The translations under genes were made by a program, and so were the position numbers. Under the pieces are notes generated by a model, which had not been told where the DNA came from, did not search any database, and saw only the letters and a list, made by a program, of their open reading frames with translations. Below are positions 20,434 to 29,827 of a DNA stretch of 64,000 nt, piece by piece. The stretch comes from an uncultured bacterium (GTDB lineage: Bacteria > Babelota > Babeliae > Babelales > Babelaceae): positions 800,001-864,000 of the forward strand of contig CAVRKK010000002.1 in assembly GCA_963722385.1 (NCBI GenBank), written 5' to 3'. Every line of letters starts with the position of its first letter. Position 1 is the stretch's first letter.

Positions 20434-20678
20434 ATGACTAAAAGACTGTTCCAAAGAGAGCAATACCAGTAGACAGCTCTAAAGAAAAAGCTACCTTCAA
20501 TCTCTCTATTACGATACTGGAATCACTTGAAGAAGCCTGGCTCAATCTAAGACGCGCCACTAAAGGCCAGAACAAGATGACCAAAACTTCAATTGTTGAA
20601 GCAGCTCTGGCAATAGCCCTAGCTGAACTGAAAGATAAGAAAAAGCTGAGCGAGCTTTATAAAAGATTAGAGGAATAA
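20434..20678 (+). pseudogene. Ribbon-helix-helix-like small protein, one A missing in the A run after the start
   Basis: GAGG RBS; after ATG ACT AA(A) the frame reads KTVPKRAIPVDSSKEKATFNLSITILESLEEAWLNLRR...KTSIVEAALAIAL; ends 6 bp before the next gene. Confidence 0.55.
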
Positions 20679-20684
20679 AAGAAT

Positions 20685-22256
20685 ATGGCAGAGAAAATGG
20701 ACAAGAAAAAACTTCCTATCGATGTCAGTGATTTTGCAACGATTATTTCCGAGAATTACCTTTATGTCGATAAAACCTATTACATCCATCAACTCATCAC
20801 AAAGGGTCGGCTCTACTTTTTATCAAGACCGAGACGCTTTGGCAAATCGCTCATGATTTCAACGCTCAAGGAAATTTTTTCTGGTAATCAAAGCCTTTTC
20901 CAGAATTTATGGATAGGGAAAAGCAACTATACATGGCCAAATCATCCAGTCATTTCTCTTAATTTCTCTAAACTTGATTTTGATACGCCTACTGACTTAA
21001 GAGCCCAACTTAAGTGGACAATTGGCGATATTGCTTTTCAAAATAATATAAATGTCTCTTCAGCCCCTTCGGCTGGCGCTAAACTAGAACTGTTGGTAAG
21101 AAAGCTTGCTCAGCATAATAAAGTAGTTATTCTCATAGATGAGTATGATGCTCCTTTACTTAAATACATTAATGAACTAAAAATAGTTTCACGTATTCGT
21201 GAAATAATCAGCTCTTTCTTTACGGTAATAAAAAGCCTTGACGAGTATTGTAGGGCTATTTTTATTACCGGTGTAAGCCAATTTTCTAAAGCATCCATTT
21301 TTTCTGGTATGAATAATTTAAACGATATATCGCTCAAGCCAGAAGCAGAAGTCCTTCTAGGCTATACGCAAAAAGAGATAAACGAATACTTCGGTGAATA
21401 TATTGACGCATGTGCACAAGCTCGTGGAGTAGACTCAAAGTTTATTTTAGATGAGATGCAAACATGGTATAACGGATACTGTTTTTCGGAAGATACGCAA
21501 GACCGTGTTTACAATCCTTACTCAGTTCTTTACTACCTTAATGATAGAAAACTTAAAAACTACTGGTTTCAAACAGGAACACCCTTTTTCCTTATGAACC
21601 TGATTAAAACACAATTTCCCTGGCTGCATGAAATAGAAGAAATTGAACTGAGCGGCGAAAGTTTAGGTAAATTTGATATAAATGATATACCATTGATACC
21701 AGTTCTTTTTCAAACAGGTTACCTCACTATTAAAAGCTACGACCCTAAAACAAGCAAATATAAGCTTGGTTATCCAAATGAAGAAGTGCGTAGATCTTTT
21801 AAAGAATATTTATTGGGCGCGCTCTCTAATACAAGTGTAGCCACTGTAGAGCCAATGATAGCAACCCTTAAACGCGCCATCGAATCGAATAATATTGGGC
21901 TTTTTTGCTCAATCATAGAAAGCGTACTTGCCAGTATACCTTACTACCTCCATAAGCCTTCTGAAAGTTATTATCATTCACTCCTACTCATAATATTAGA
22001 CTTGTTAAGATATGAAACTCATGCAGAAGTTGCTACAAGTATAGGACGGATAGATCTGGCTGTACCAACTCCTCATCATATTTTTATCTTTGAATTCAAA
22101 TTTAATGCTACCGCTCAAGAAGCGCTTAATCAAATTAGAGACCGCGAGTATTATAAGAAATACCTACATAAAGGCAAGCCTATTATTTTAGTCGGCATTT
22201 CCTTCAATTTTACCGGTAAAGAATTATCACTTGATTGGGCGGAAGAAGCGGTGTAA
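20685..22256 (+). CDS. AAA-ATPase-like / PD-(D/E)XK nuclease protein
   Basis: YVDKT, SRPRRFGKS, ILIDEYD, C-terminal GRIDL...IFEFK...ALNQI. Confidence 0.9.
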   Translation: MAEKMDKKKLPIDVSDFATIISENYLYVDKTYYIHQLITKGRLYFLSRPRRFGKSLMISTLKEIFSGNQSLFQNLWIGKSNYTWPNHPVISLNFSKLDFDTPTDLRAQLKWTIGDIAFQNNINVSSAPSAGAKLELLVRKLAQHNKVVILIDEYDAPLLKYINELKIVSRIREIISSFFTVIKSLDEYCRAIFITGVSQFSKASIFSGMNNLNDISLKPEAEVLLGYTQKEINEYFGEYIDACAQARGVDSKFILDEMQTWYNGYCFSEDTQDRVYNPYSVLYYLNDRKLKNYWFQTGTPFFLMNLIKTQFPWLHEIEEIELSGESLGKFDINDIPLIPVLFQTGYLTIKSYDPKTSKYKLGYPNEEVRRSFKEYLLGALSNTSVATVEPMIATLKRAIESNNIGLFCSIIESVLASIPYYLHKPSESYYHSLLLIILDLLRYETHAEVATSIGRIDLAVPTPHHIFIFEFKFNATAQEALNQIRDREYYKKYLHKGKPIILVGISFNFTGKELSLDWAEEAV

Positions 22257-22429
22257 TTCCTACTCGTGCTTATTTTGGATTTTATAGAAGTCATAGAAAA
22301 AGATGCACATGTTCATGTCTGTAAAGAAGACATTACAGACATGCAAAACAAATAATTCAAAGCAAATTAAGTGAGCCTCAAAAGCCACAACACATATCAT
22401 CGATTAAAAATCGATGATTAGGGAGAGAA

Positions 22430-22758
22430 TTACTTGGTGCTTATATAACGAGCAAGAGCAAATGCAGAATTACCACAACTGAAGAGACCTCCTATCAGAA
22501 TTTTGCCATCAACTTGCAGCGCCATACTAGCAGCAACGTTATCTCGACAACCATCAAATCTTGTGGTCGTAGTTCCTGGAAGTTTCCCTAGAGGAGCGAA
22601 AGACTGATCTAAAGTTCCATTTGTCCAATAGCGCGCAACACCAAAGTCTGAGTTTCCATTAGCAGCACCAGCATATCCTGATGCCAATATTTTGCCATCT
22701 TCTTGTAGAGTGAGGCTAGTAGCCGAATCATCTCCATAGTTAAAGAACTCTGTAAATA
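22430..22758 (-). pseudogene. C-terminal remnant of a delta-60 repeat protein cut by an IS
   Basis: SLTLQEDGKILASG...VARYWTNGTLDQSF...LQVDGKILIGG...ALARY; frame ends at the IS end. Confidence 0.8.
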
Positions 22759-23905
22759 CAGGACTTCCTCAAAATCTCCAAAGATTTGATCTAGCTTGAC
22801 TTTTGAGTAAAAAAATACTCTCCTAACGGTTGGAAAAAACCAAAAAAAGGAGAGTATTATGCTTACTAGTAGCACCATATTAACATACCCATTGCTTTTA
22901 ATTTTGTCGAATGGCAAAAGAAGTTTTCAAAATTTAGGCAGATTAATTGCTAAAAGTGGCGATACAATCAAGCGATACCTTCGGTCATCATCACTAAGCA
23001 TGGAATTGATGGTGCAATTAGCGAATACTATGTTTTTGAAAAAGAGGCATTTGGTTCTGGTAGTTGATGATACGTTAATCAGAAAAATCTATTCTCGCTT
23101 TATGGAGGGCTCTGGACGATTTTATGACACAAAAATTGGGCGATCAATTACTGCCTATAGGCTAATTGCTGCAATAATAACTGACGGTAGGTTTGTAATG
23201 CCTATTAATTGCGCATTTATGTTTGCGAAAGAACTTGTATCAGAGTCTGGTAAGATAAAATCGAAAGAAGATTTTTTTAAAGAGTTTGTAAAAAATGCAA
23301 TAAAGGTGTTTCCCGATAAAAAAATTCGCGTAGCAGCTGATGGATTCTATTCATCGATTAACATTATAAAATGGTGTCTTGATAATAACATTGAATGCGA
23401 AATGCGAATGCACAAAAATCGAAGAGTTGAATACAATGGGAAAAGCGTTGTAATAAGTGAAATAAAAAAGCTAATTCCAGTTGGGAGGCAAATGGCGAAA
23501 ACAATCAAAGTTATTTGGCATGAAATGCGCGTATACATCACTGCCGTCAAGCGTATTGATAAACATAACATCGAAAGCATCGTATATCAGGTTTCGACAT
23601 ACCACGCTTCACCTGATGAACACGCACAAACTTATAAAAAAAGATGGGGCGTGGAAAAAGTTTTTCGCACTATTAAGCAATATTTAGGTCTGGAGGAGTG
23701 CTTTTCGAGAAAATTAGAATCGCACAGCGATCATGTGACTGCTGTCTTTGTGGCTTACTCAATAGCTCAGTTGGAAATGAGAAAAAGAAAATTAGATACC
23801 CCAGAAGACGCTCTTAGAGCTCTTAAGTTTAAAAAATACAATGCTCTAGAACATCGATTGTCTGCATTGCATCAAATCTTTAACGTTGCTCATGCGTAAC
23901 TTCTG
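22759..23905 (+). mobile_element. IS701/IS4-like insertion sequence
   Basis: Imperfect TIRs CAGGACTTCCTCA / CAGAAGTTACGCA (reverse complement) bracket the transposase. Confidence 0.75.
22859..23899 (+). CDS. DDE transposase (IS701/IS4-like)
   Basis: VVDDT, AADGFY, YKKRWGVEKVFRTIKQYLGL. Confidence 0.9.
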   Translation: MLTSSTILTYPLLLILSNGKRSFQNLGRLIAKSGDTIKRYLRSSSLSMELMVQLANTMFLKKRHLVLVVDDTLIRKIYSRFMEGSGRFYDTKIGRSITAYRLIAAIITDGRFVMPINCAFMFAKELVSESGKIKSKEDFFKEFVKNAIKVFPDKKIRVAADGFYSSINIIKWCLDNNIECEMRMHKNRRVEYNGKSVVISEIKKLIPVGRQMAKTIKVIWHEMRVYITAVKRIDKHNIESIVYQVSTYHASPDEHAQTYKKRWGVEKVFRTIKQYLGLEECFSRKLESHSDHVTAVFVAYSIAQLEMRKRKLDTPEDALRALKFKKYNALEHRLSALHQIFNVAHA

Positions 23906-23959
23906 AAAATAGTTACTCGTCTCTCATAATATTTAGCTGTTTTAGCTTTTGTTTTTATG

Positions 23960-24250
23960 TTGTACACATAATTTGTGTACAGTGTGTACACGCGGCTGTG
24001 TACAATAAGATGAAAAATCATTCCAAAAATATGTTGCAATCGCAGGATTGTTATTTTGGGGTAACGGTTGTTAAACAGAGTAAGCATTTTGTACACAAGC
24101 AAAGTGAGCTACAGCAAGCCATAACACATATATTTAGGTAGCTGTACACACGGGTAAAAAAGACAGCATTTTTATACCATGTATCAGTCGCGTGAGAGCG
24201 GCTACTGATTTGTTTTTATAGATCGGTTGATAAACATCGGTTGATAAACA
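23960..24250. repeat. Cluster of TGTACAC(A) boxes and CGGTTG(A/T)TAAACA repeats
   Basis: TGTACA at 23961, 23976, 23985, 23999, 24090, 24143; tandem ATCGGTTGATAAAC x2 near 24222-24249. Confidence 0.8.
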
Positions 24251-24449
24251 GAGACGAAGCTCTGTGGGGGCTATTGGCTTAATCGGAAAAGACGAGAAAG
24301 CAACATTTCTTAAATTAGTAGCTCATAAATTGCGGCATGATGAACAGGCCTGCCGCGTAGGCCAATGGCCCAAAAATGTTGACTTTTATTGAAAAAATAC
24401 ACCATAATTGTATTATAATCTTTTTTTAAGCCATACAAAGGAGTATACG

Positions 24450-24836
24450 ATGAAATTTAATAATTCATTTTTACAAGGTTTTGTTTTAGCAGGCTTACTT
24501 ATATCGACCAGCGCTCTTTTCAATCAAGTTGGCGGTGAATATCCTCCTCATTATGAGTGGAAAAATTATTGCGCGGTATTGCTCAATAGTACTCATGAAA
24601 GAGTCGCCGGCTCAATTCAAGTACGTGCAGCGGAAGGAAATTTAACAGGAAGCTTCTTTATTGAGCCAGGCCAAACAAAATTACTGTCAGGCCCAATGGC
24701 TATGAACGAGCAAGCTGAGATCATAATTTCGAGCCCGAAGGTAGCTTATTATACGCTTAGAGGTGTAGAATCTTCACGAGAAACAGGATGCGAAAATCTA
24801 ATTTACGACGGTACTCAAATTCGACCTGTAGAATAA
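24450..24836 (+). CDS. Hypothetical secreted protein
   Basis: AAGGAG RBS; MKFNNSFLQGFVLAGLLISTSA signal peptide. Confidence 0.7.
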   Translation: MKFNNSFLQGFVLAGLLISTSALFNQVGGEYPPHYEWKNYCAVLLNSTHERVAGSIQVRAAEGNLTGSFFIEPGQTKLLSGPMAMNEQAEIIISSPKVAYYTLRGVESSRETGCENLIYDGTQIRPVE

Positions 24837-24968
24837 AACAATTAAAAAAGCCATCAGAGGCTATAAAGACCTAGCGCTACAGAGTGCTAGGTCAGTCATA
24901 CTTCGCCAATGCTTTTTGTGGGACCTCGCTCGCCGGGAGCAGGTGCTATCTGTTATAGTTTGCAAGGT

Positions 24969-25404
24969 CTAAGAAACTATTCTAAGACTTCGTTTATTGA
25001 TATATTGACCAAGCGAAATATGGTTAGTATAACCTAAAAATCTAGCTATCTTCCTGATCGATAGACCAATTTGAAGTAGTTCTTTAATTTTATCAACATG
25101 CTTGTCAACTCTTTTGAATCGTCCCTTTAGGTTTGCCAATCCTAATTCCCTGGCGCTTTTTGGCAGCGAGCGCTTCTCGCGTTCTTTGGCTAATAAGATC
25201 CCGCTCAAGTTCAGCGAAGAGGCAAAACATAGTAATCAGTACTTTTGATCCCATGTCCTGATGATTTGAATCTAATCCCTGCTTTATGACAATAAGTCGG
25301 ATATTGCGCTTGATAAGATCATTAATAAGGCTCATAACTTCGGCGTTACCTTGTTTAGAAAGTGAGCGATAAAGAGATTCACGATTTAGAGTATCGTAAC
25401 GCAA
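24969..25404 (-). pseudogene. Partial serine resolvase copy (3' portion, frameshifted) fused to a 44 bp antitoxin fragment
   Basis: Near-identical to 26214-26595; 25346-25389 duplicates 25505-25548. Confidence 0.85.
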
Positions 25405-25426
25405 GCTGCGTCACAATTAGTAGGTT

Positions 25427-25741
25427 TTAATTTTTTCTACTAGAACGAACTTCGAAATAAAAGTCCAATGTTCTTAATATAGAAATGAGATTTTTGATTT
25501 TTGGGTTACCTTGTTTAGAAAGTGAGCGATAAAGAGATTCACGATTTAAGTGAGTATCTTTCGCTAAATCGGTCATTCCTTTACCCTGTGCTTTTAATAC
25601 ATTTTTGAGTGCTACGAGAAAGACTCTGGGGTCTTCATCTTGTAGAGCTGCGTTAATATAGGCTTCTGCTTCTTCAGGGTCTTGAAGATCTTGCATAAGA
25701 ATTTCGTAGTAATCAACCTCATTATTTTTTTTATTCTTCAT
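25427..25741 (-). CDS. Addiction module antidote (HI1420-like HTH antitoxin)
   Basis: AYINAAL, GMTDLAKDTHLNRESLYRSLSKQGNP. Confidence 0.9.
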   Translation of the reverse strand: MKNKKNNEVDYYEILMQDLQDPEEAEAYINAALQDEDPRVFLVALKNVLKAQGKGMTDLAKDTHLNRESLYRSLSKQGNPKIKNLISILRTLDFYFEVRSSRKN

Positions 25742-26078
25742 AAGGTGCCTCTTTCGATGTTTTATTATAGATGCTCCAATAAGCTTTTGCTTTATCAATA
25801 TCTCGATCTTGGGTGCTTTTATCTCCTGCTATAAGTAGTATAACTTTAGTAGAGCCTTTTTCTCCAAAATATATTCTATAACCTGGCCCATAGTGTATAC
25901 GCAATTCCTGTACACCATTTCCAACAGGATCACAATTCCCGGAGTTCCCTATCTTCAAACGATCAATGCGGATTCTCATGATTGCCCTTGTTTTCGTATC
26001 TAGTTTGTAGAACCATTTGAAAAATGGGCTTTTTCTATAGTCATTTGTTGACTCAGGAATATAAACCGTAATAAACAT
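25731..26078 (-). CDS. RelE/ParE-family addiction module killer (HI1419-like)
   Basis: GNxGxCxPVGNGVQELRIHYGPGYRIYF...GDKSTQDRDI. Confidence 0.92.
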   Translation of the reverse strand: MFITVYIPESTNDYRKSPFFKWFYKLDTKTRAIMRIRIDRLKIGNSGNCDPVGNGVQELRIHYGPGYRIYFGEKGSTKVILLIAGDKSTQDRDIDKAKAYWSIYNKTSKEAPYEE

Positions 26079-26213
26079 TGGCGCCTCAAAATTAATAGCC
26101 CTATTGTAGCTTTAATGCTACGAAATGTCAACAAAACCAATAAATTTTGCGAAGTGCACAGTAAAATGGCGAATTATATGGGCAGCCATAAGGAATAGAT
26201 GTGTTCTTAGCTT

Positions 26214-26832
26214 CTAAGAGACTATTCTGAGGCTTCGCTTATTAATATACTGACCAAGCGAAATATGGTTAGTATAACCTAAAAACCTAGCTATCTTCCT
26301 GATCGATAGACCAATTTGAAGTAGTTCTTTAATTTTATCCACATGGGCATCAAACTTACTCTTTTGAATCGTCCCTTTAGGTTTGCCAATTCTAATTCCC
26401 CTGGCGCTTTTTGGACGCGAGCGCCTCTCGCGTCCTTTGGCTAATAAGATCCCGCTCAAGTTCAGCGAAGAGGCAAAACATAGTAATCAGTACTTTTGAT
26501 CCCATGTCCTGATGATTTGAATCTAATCCCTGCTTTATGACAATAAGTCGGATATTGCGCTTGATAAGATCATTAACAAGGCTCATGACTTCAGCTGTGC
26601 TTCTGCCCAGCCTACTCAGTTCCGTAACAAGCAACGTATCAAAACCCGCAAGCCTTTCAACAAGCTCTTCAATGCGTCTCTCGATAGCTGTTTTTCTTGA
26701 AGAAGCTTCTATTTCTATAAAATCATCTACCTTTATATCTTTCCTGCGCGCGTATTCAAGAATTTCTAATTTTTGATTATTTAAGTCTTGTTTGTCACAA
26801 GAAGTTCTAATATAAGCAATTGTCTTATTCAT
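26214..26832 (-). pseudogene. Serine recombinase (resolvase/invertase), +1 frameshift in the C run near 26400
   Basis: IAYIRTSCDKQ, ELSRLGRS, AELERDLISQRT; HTH tail in the shifted frame. Confidence 0.85.
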
Positions 26833-27075
26833 CGTTTTTTCCGGTAAGTATTAAGGCAAAAATACAAACAAAACTATACAAAATAAAGCAGCAATTTACC
26901 AGTAAAGAATGAGGCAAAATATTTGAGAAAAACCGGCCGATTTTGCTTACCGCTGCTCGCTGCAAATTTAAGTTGGTAAGATCTACTGGGCTACTAACAT
27001 TTGACTTAGTATAATATAATGAACTATAATATATTATATTGAAGCTTCTTTAAGATTTTGTCTAAGAAAGATGAT

Positions 27076-27393
27076 ATGAAAAAATGGAACATTAAGTATT
27101 GGGCCAATGACCAAGGGAAAGGCTTAATAGAACAATGGCTCAATCAGTTAACGAAAGAGCAATTCAAATCTGTTGCCAAGGAAATCGTCATGCTTGAGCT
27201 TGCTGGTAATGAATTAAAACTTCCACATAGCAGATCCTTAGGCAAAGGATTATTTGAATTAAGGGAGCGTAAGTATGGATATCGCATATATTACGCTTTT
27301 ATTGGCAAGATGGTAATTATCCTTCTTGCTGCAGATAAGAAAAGTCAGAAAAATGATATTAAAATTGCTCGTGAACGTTTATTAGAACTATAG
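27076..27393 (+). CDS. RelE/HigB-like toxin
   Basis: LPHSRSLGKGLFELR...YRIYY. Confidence 0.88.
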   Translation: MKKWNIKYWANDQGKGLIEQWLNQLTKEQFKSVAKEIVMLELAGNELKLPHSRSLGKGLFELRERKYGYRIYYAFIGKMVIILLAADKKSQKNDIKIARERLLEL

Positions 27394-27404
27394 AAAGGGA
27401 AACC

Positions 27405-27725
27405 GTGAAAACAAAAAGCTTCCGCAAATACCTTGAAGAAAGACTTAATAAAAACGAAATTGCAGATATTGAAGCGCAAGCAGAGCTAGAAACAAAGATT
27501 TTACAGGCAATGCAAAATATTATTGCAGATACTATAGATGATTATCTCAAAAAACATGATATAGGTTTTAATGAGCTCGTTAGAAGGCTAGACTGGAGCC
27601 CCTCCAAAGTTGTAAAAGTACAACGCGGAGAAGCCAACATGACCTTATCAAGCTTAGCGCATTTATTTGCTCTTGTGGGAAAAGATCCTCGAGAAGTTTT
27701 TGTACCTAACAATCGCTCAAAATAA
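27405..27725 (+). CDS. HTH antitoxin (HigA-like)
   Basis: Follows the toxin; Xre-type HTH ELVRRL.WSPSKV.KVQRGEANMTL. Confidence 0.8.
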   Translation: MKTKSFRKYLEERLNKNEIADIEAQAELETKILQAMQNIIADTIDDYLKKHDIGFNELVRRLDWSPSKVVKVQRGEANMTLSSLAHLFALVGKDPREVFVPNNRSK

Positions 27726-27733
27726 AGCATTAA

Positions 27734-27961
27734 CTATTTATTTTCATGCTGCTCTACAAAGCCCAAGATTTTTGATATTACCGCATATATCGCTTTCTTT
27801 TCATCGACCAGAAATGAGCGTAATGTTGTTGGACTTATCCCCATTTGAACGGCCATCTTAGCAATTGATAGCCCTGCTTTTCTGTTAACAATAAGTAGTC
27901 GCTCGCGTATGGTATCTTGATTCTTTTTATGCAAAAGTTCTTTGTAGCTATACCCTGCTAT
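27734..27961 (-). CDS. Small HTH protein (start apparently ATA)
   Basis: GLSIAKMAVQMGISPTTLRSFL; G-rich RBS precedes ATA where the paralog has ATG. Confidence 0.6.
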   Translation of the reverse strand: MAGYSYKELLHKKNQDTIRERLLIVNRKAGLSIAKMAVQMGISPTTLRSFLVDEKKAIYAVISKILGFVEQHENK

Positions 27962-28063
27962 GTTTGTCCCCCTGAGTAATGATCTTAAAGATTCAAAAAA
28001 TTGTATCAAATTATGCGAAAATAAGCAATTTTGTATTATCTCGTAAAATATGTAATTTTTTGC

Positions 28064-28196
28064 TTGACTTTGTTTTGTATTGTTATATAATTAACTACGT
28101 CTTTGGTCTAGTACCAAAATAAAACTTGTGGCCAAGTGTCTGAAACATGGCCCGCCTAAACAGCGAAGCCCGCTGTTTAGGCGGGCTTCGCTGTTT
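28064..28196 (+). promoter_or_regulatory. Sigma70-like promoter followed by overlapping alternative hairpins
   Basis: TTGACT-16-TATAAT; two 16 bp stems at 28150-28186 and 28158-28196. Confidence 0.55.
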
Positions 28197-28360
28197 CCAG
28201 AAACCATGAATCTCTCATGATTCTGATAAGAAAGGCAACTAAGAATTCTGCTAGAAATTAGCTCATCCTAGCACCATCAGCGTTGAATATTCCGTCTCCT
28301 TGGGAGAATCAGTGATGTCCTAAACGAATTTGCCCATTTTATCGGGCAATCAATGAGGTC

Positions 28361-28395
28361 TTTACAAATTCGAATTTTGGATTAGAATTTGTAAA
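28361..28395. promoter_or_regulatory. Inverted repeat upstream of DUF4143 ATPase
   Basis: TTTACAAATTCGAAT-N5-ATTAGAATTTGTAAA (14/15). Confidence 0.6.
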
Positions 28396-28426
28396 AGGGT
28401 TGTTTCTTGAGGAAAAGAGGAAAAAC

Positions 28427-29611
28427 ATGATTATCAAACGAGATATGGCTATAGACTTACGAGAAGCTGCTCAATTTTTACCTGTTATAGCCATTTTAGG
28501 GCCACGTCAGGCAGGTAAAACTACTTTAGCAAAGAAAACTTTTAAGAATCATAAATACGTTAATCTTGAAGAAGTTGATACACGTACTTTTGCTGTTACT
28601 GATCCAAAGGCTTTTCTAAACTTGCATCGTAGTGAGCACGGGCTTATCATTGATGAATTCCAGCATGTTCCTGATCTTCTTTCTTACATACAAGTACTCG
28701 TTGATGATGAAAAAAAGCCAGGCTACTTTATCTTGACAGGCTCCCAAAATTTCCTTATGAACCAAGCTATTACACAAACATTGGCAGGAAGAATTTCAAT
28801 TCATACACTTTTGCCTTTATCAATATCTGAACTTTCAGCAAATTCGCTTCTGCCTGAAGATGTTGAAACGCTTGTTTATCGGGGATGTTATCCCTCAATT
28901 TACGCTACTAACATACCAGCAGATCGCCTATATCCTAGTTACATTCAAACTTATCTTGAGCGAGATGTTCGCCAGCTTAAGCAAATTGAAAACTTAAGCC
29001 TTTTTCAAAAATTTGTCCAACTATGTGCTGGACGTATTGGACAAATTCTTAACCTCTCCTCGTTGGGCAATGACTGTGGCATTAGCGATAATACTGCTCG
29101 GCAGTGGCTATCTATCTTAGAAACAAGTTATATTGTTTTTCTCCTACGCCCTCATCATCAAAATTTCAGTAAGCGGCTAATAAAAAGCCCCAAGCTTTAT
29201 TTTTTTGATACTGGTCTTGCATGTTCGCTACTTCGTATTACGCCTGAACAGTTACCGATGCATTATTTAAAAGGCGGCCTCTTCGAATCCCTTATTATTT
29301 CTGAGTTTTATAAGTACTATTACAATCACGGAAAAATCCCCTATGTCCACTTTTGGCGTGACCATATCGGAAACGAAGTTGACTGTATTTTAGAGGAAAA
29401 TCAGCTTTTGGTCCCAGTAGAAATTAAGGCGGGTTCAACAATCAGCACCTCTTTTTTTAACGGACTTACTTACTGGAATAATCTTGCTCACGCTAATCCG
29501 GCTAATGCCTTTCTTGTATATGCAGGCAGCGAAAACCAAAAAAGATCCTTGGGTACTGTTGTAAGCTGGAATAATACGTCAAATATTTTCAATCTTATTC
29601 AAAAATCTTGA
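28427..29611 (+). CDS. AAA+ ATPase with DUF4143 / PD-(D/E)XK C-terminus
   Basis: GPRQAGKTT, IIDEFQ, LTGS, YLERD, KSPKLYFFDTG, EVD..VEIK. Confidence 0.9.
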   Translation: MIIKRDMAIDLREAAQFLPVIAILGPRQAGKTTLAKKTFKNHKYVNLEEVDTRTFAVTDPKAFLNLHRSEHGLIIDEFQHVPDLLSYIQVLVDDEKKPGYFILTGSQNFLMNQAITQTLAGRISIHTLLPLSISELSANSLLPEDVETLVYRGCYPSIYATNIPADRLYPSYIQTYLERDVRQLKQIENLSLFQKFVQLCAGRIGQILNLSSLGNDCGISDNTARQWLSILETSYIVFLLRPHHQNFSKRLIKSPKLYFFDTGLACSLLRITPEQLPMHYLKGGLFESLIISEFYKYYYNHGKIPYVHFWRDHIGNEVDCILEENQLLVPVEIKAGSTISTSFFNGLTYWNNLAHANPANAFLVYAGSENQKRSLGTVVSWNNTSNIFNLIQKS

Positions 29612-29827
29612 TTGATAATGCGCCACTCGGGATCACAAGGAAACGGATCATAAATTAGCACAGATGGAACATAAAAACATCCGCGCAGAATACGATTTAG
29701 CATGTCTGTAAATATGTGAAAAAATACAATTCCTATCGACCTCATCGAGCTTTACAATATCTTTCTCCTTTGGAATACTATCATCAAGTCTCGAGAGGCC
29801 TAAATTTTCCTCATATGTATTGAACTA

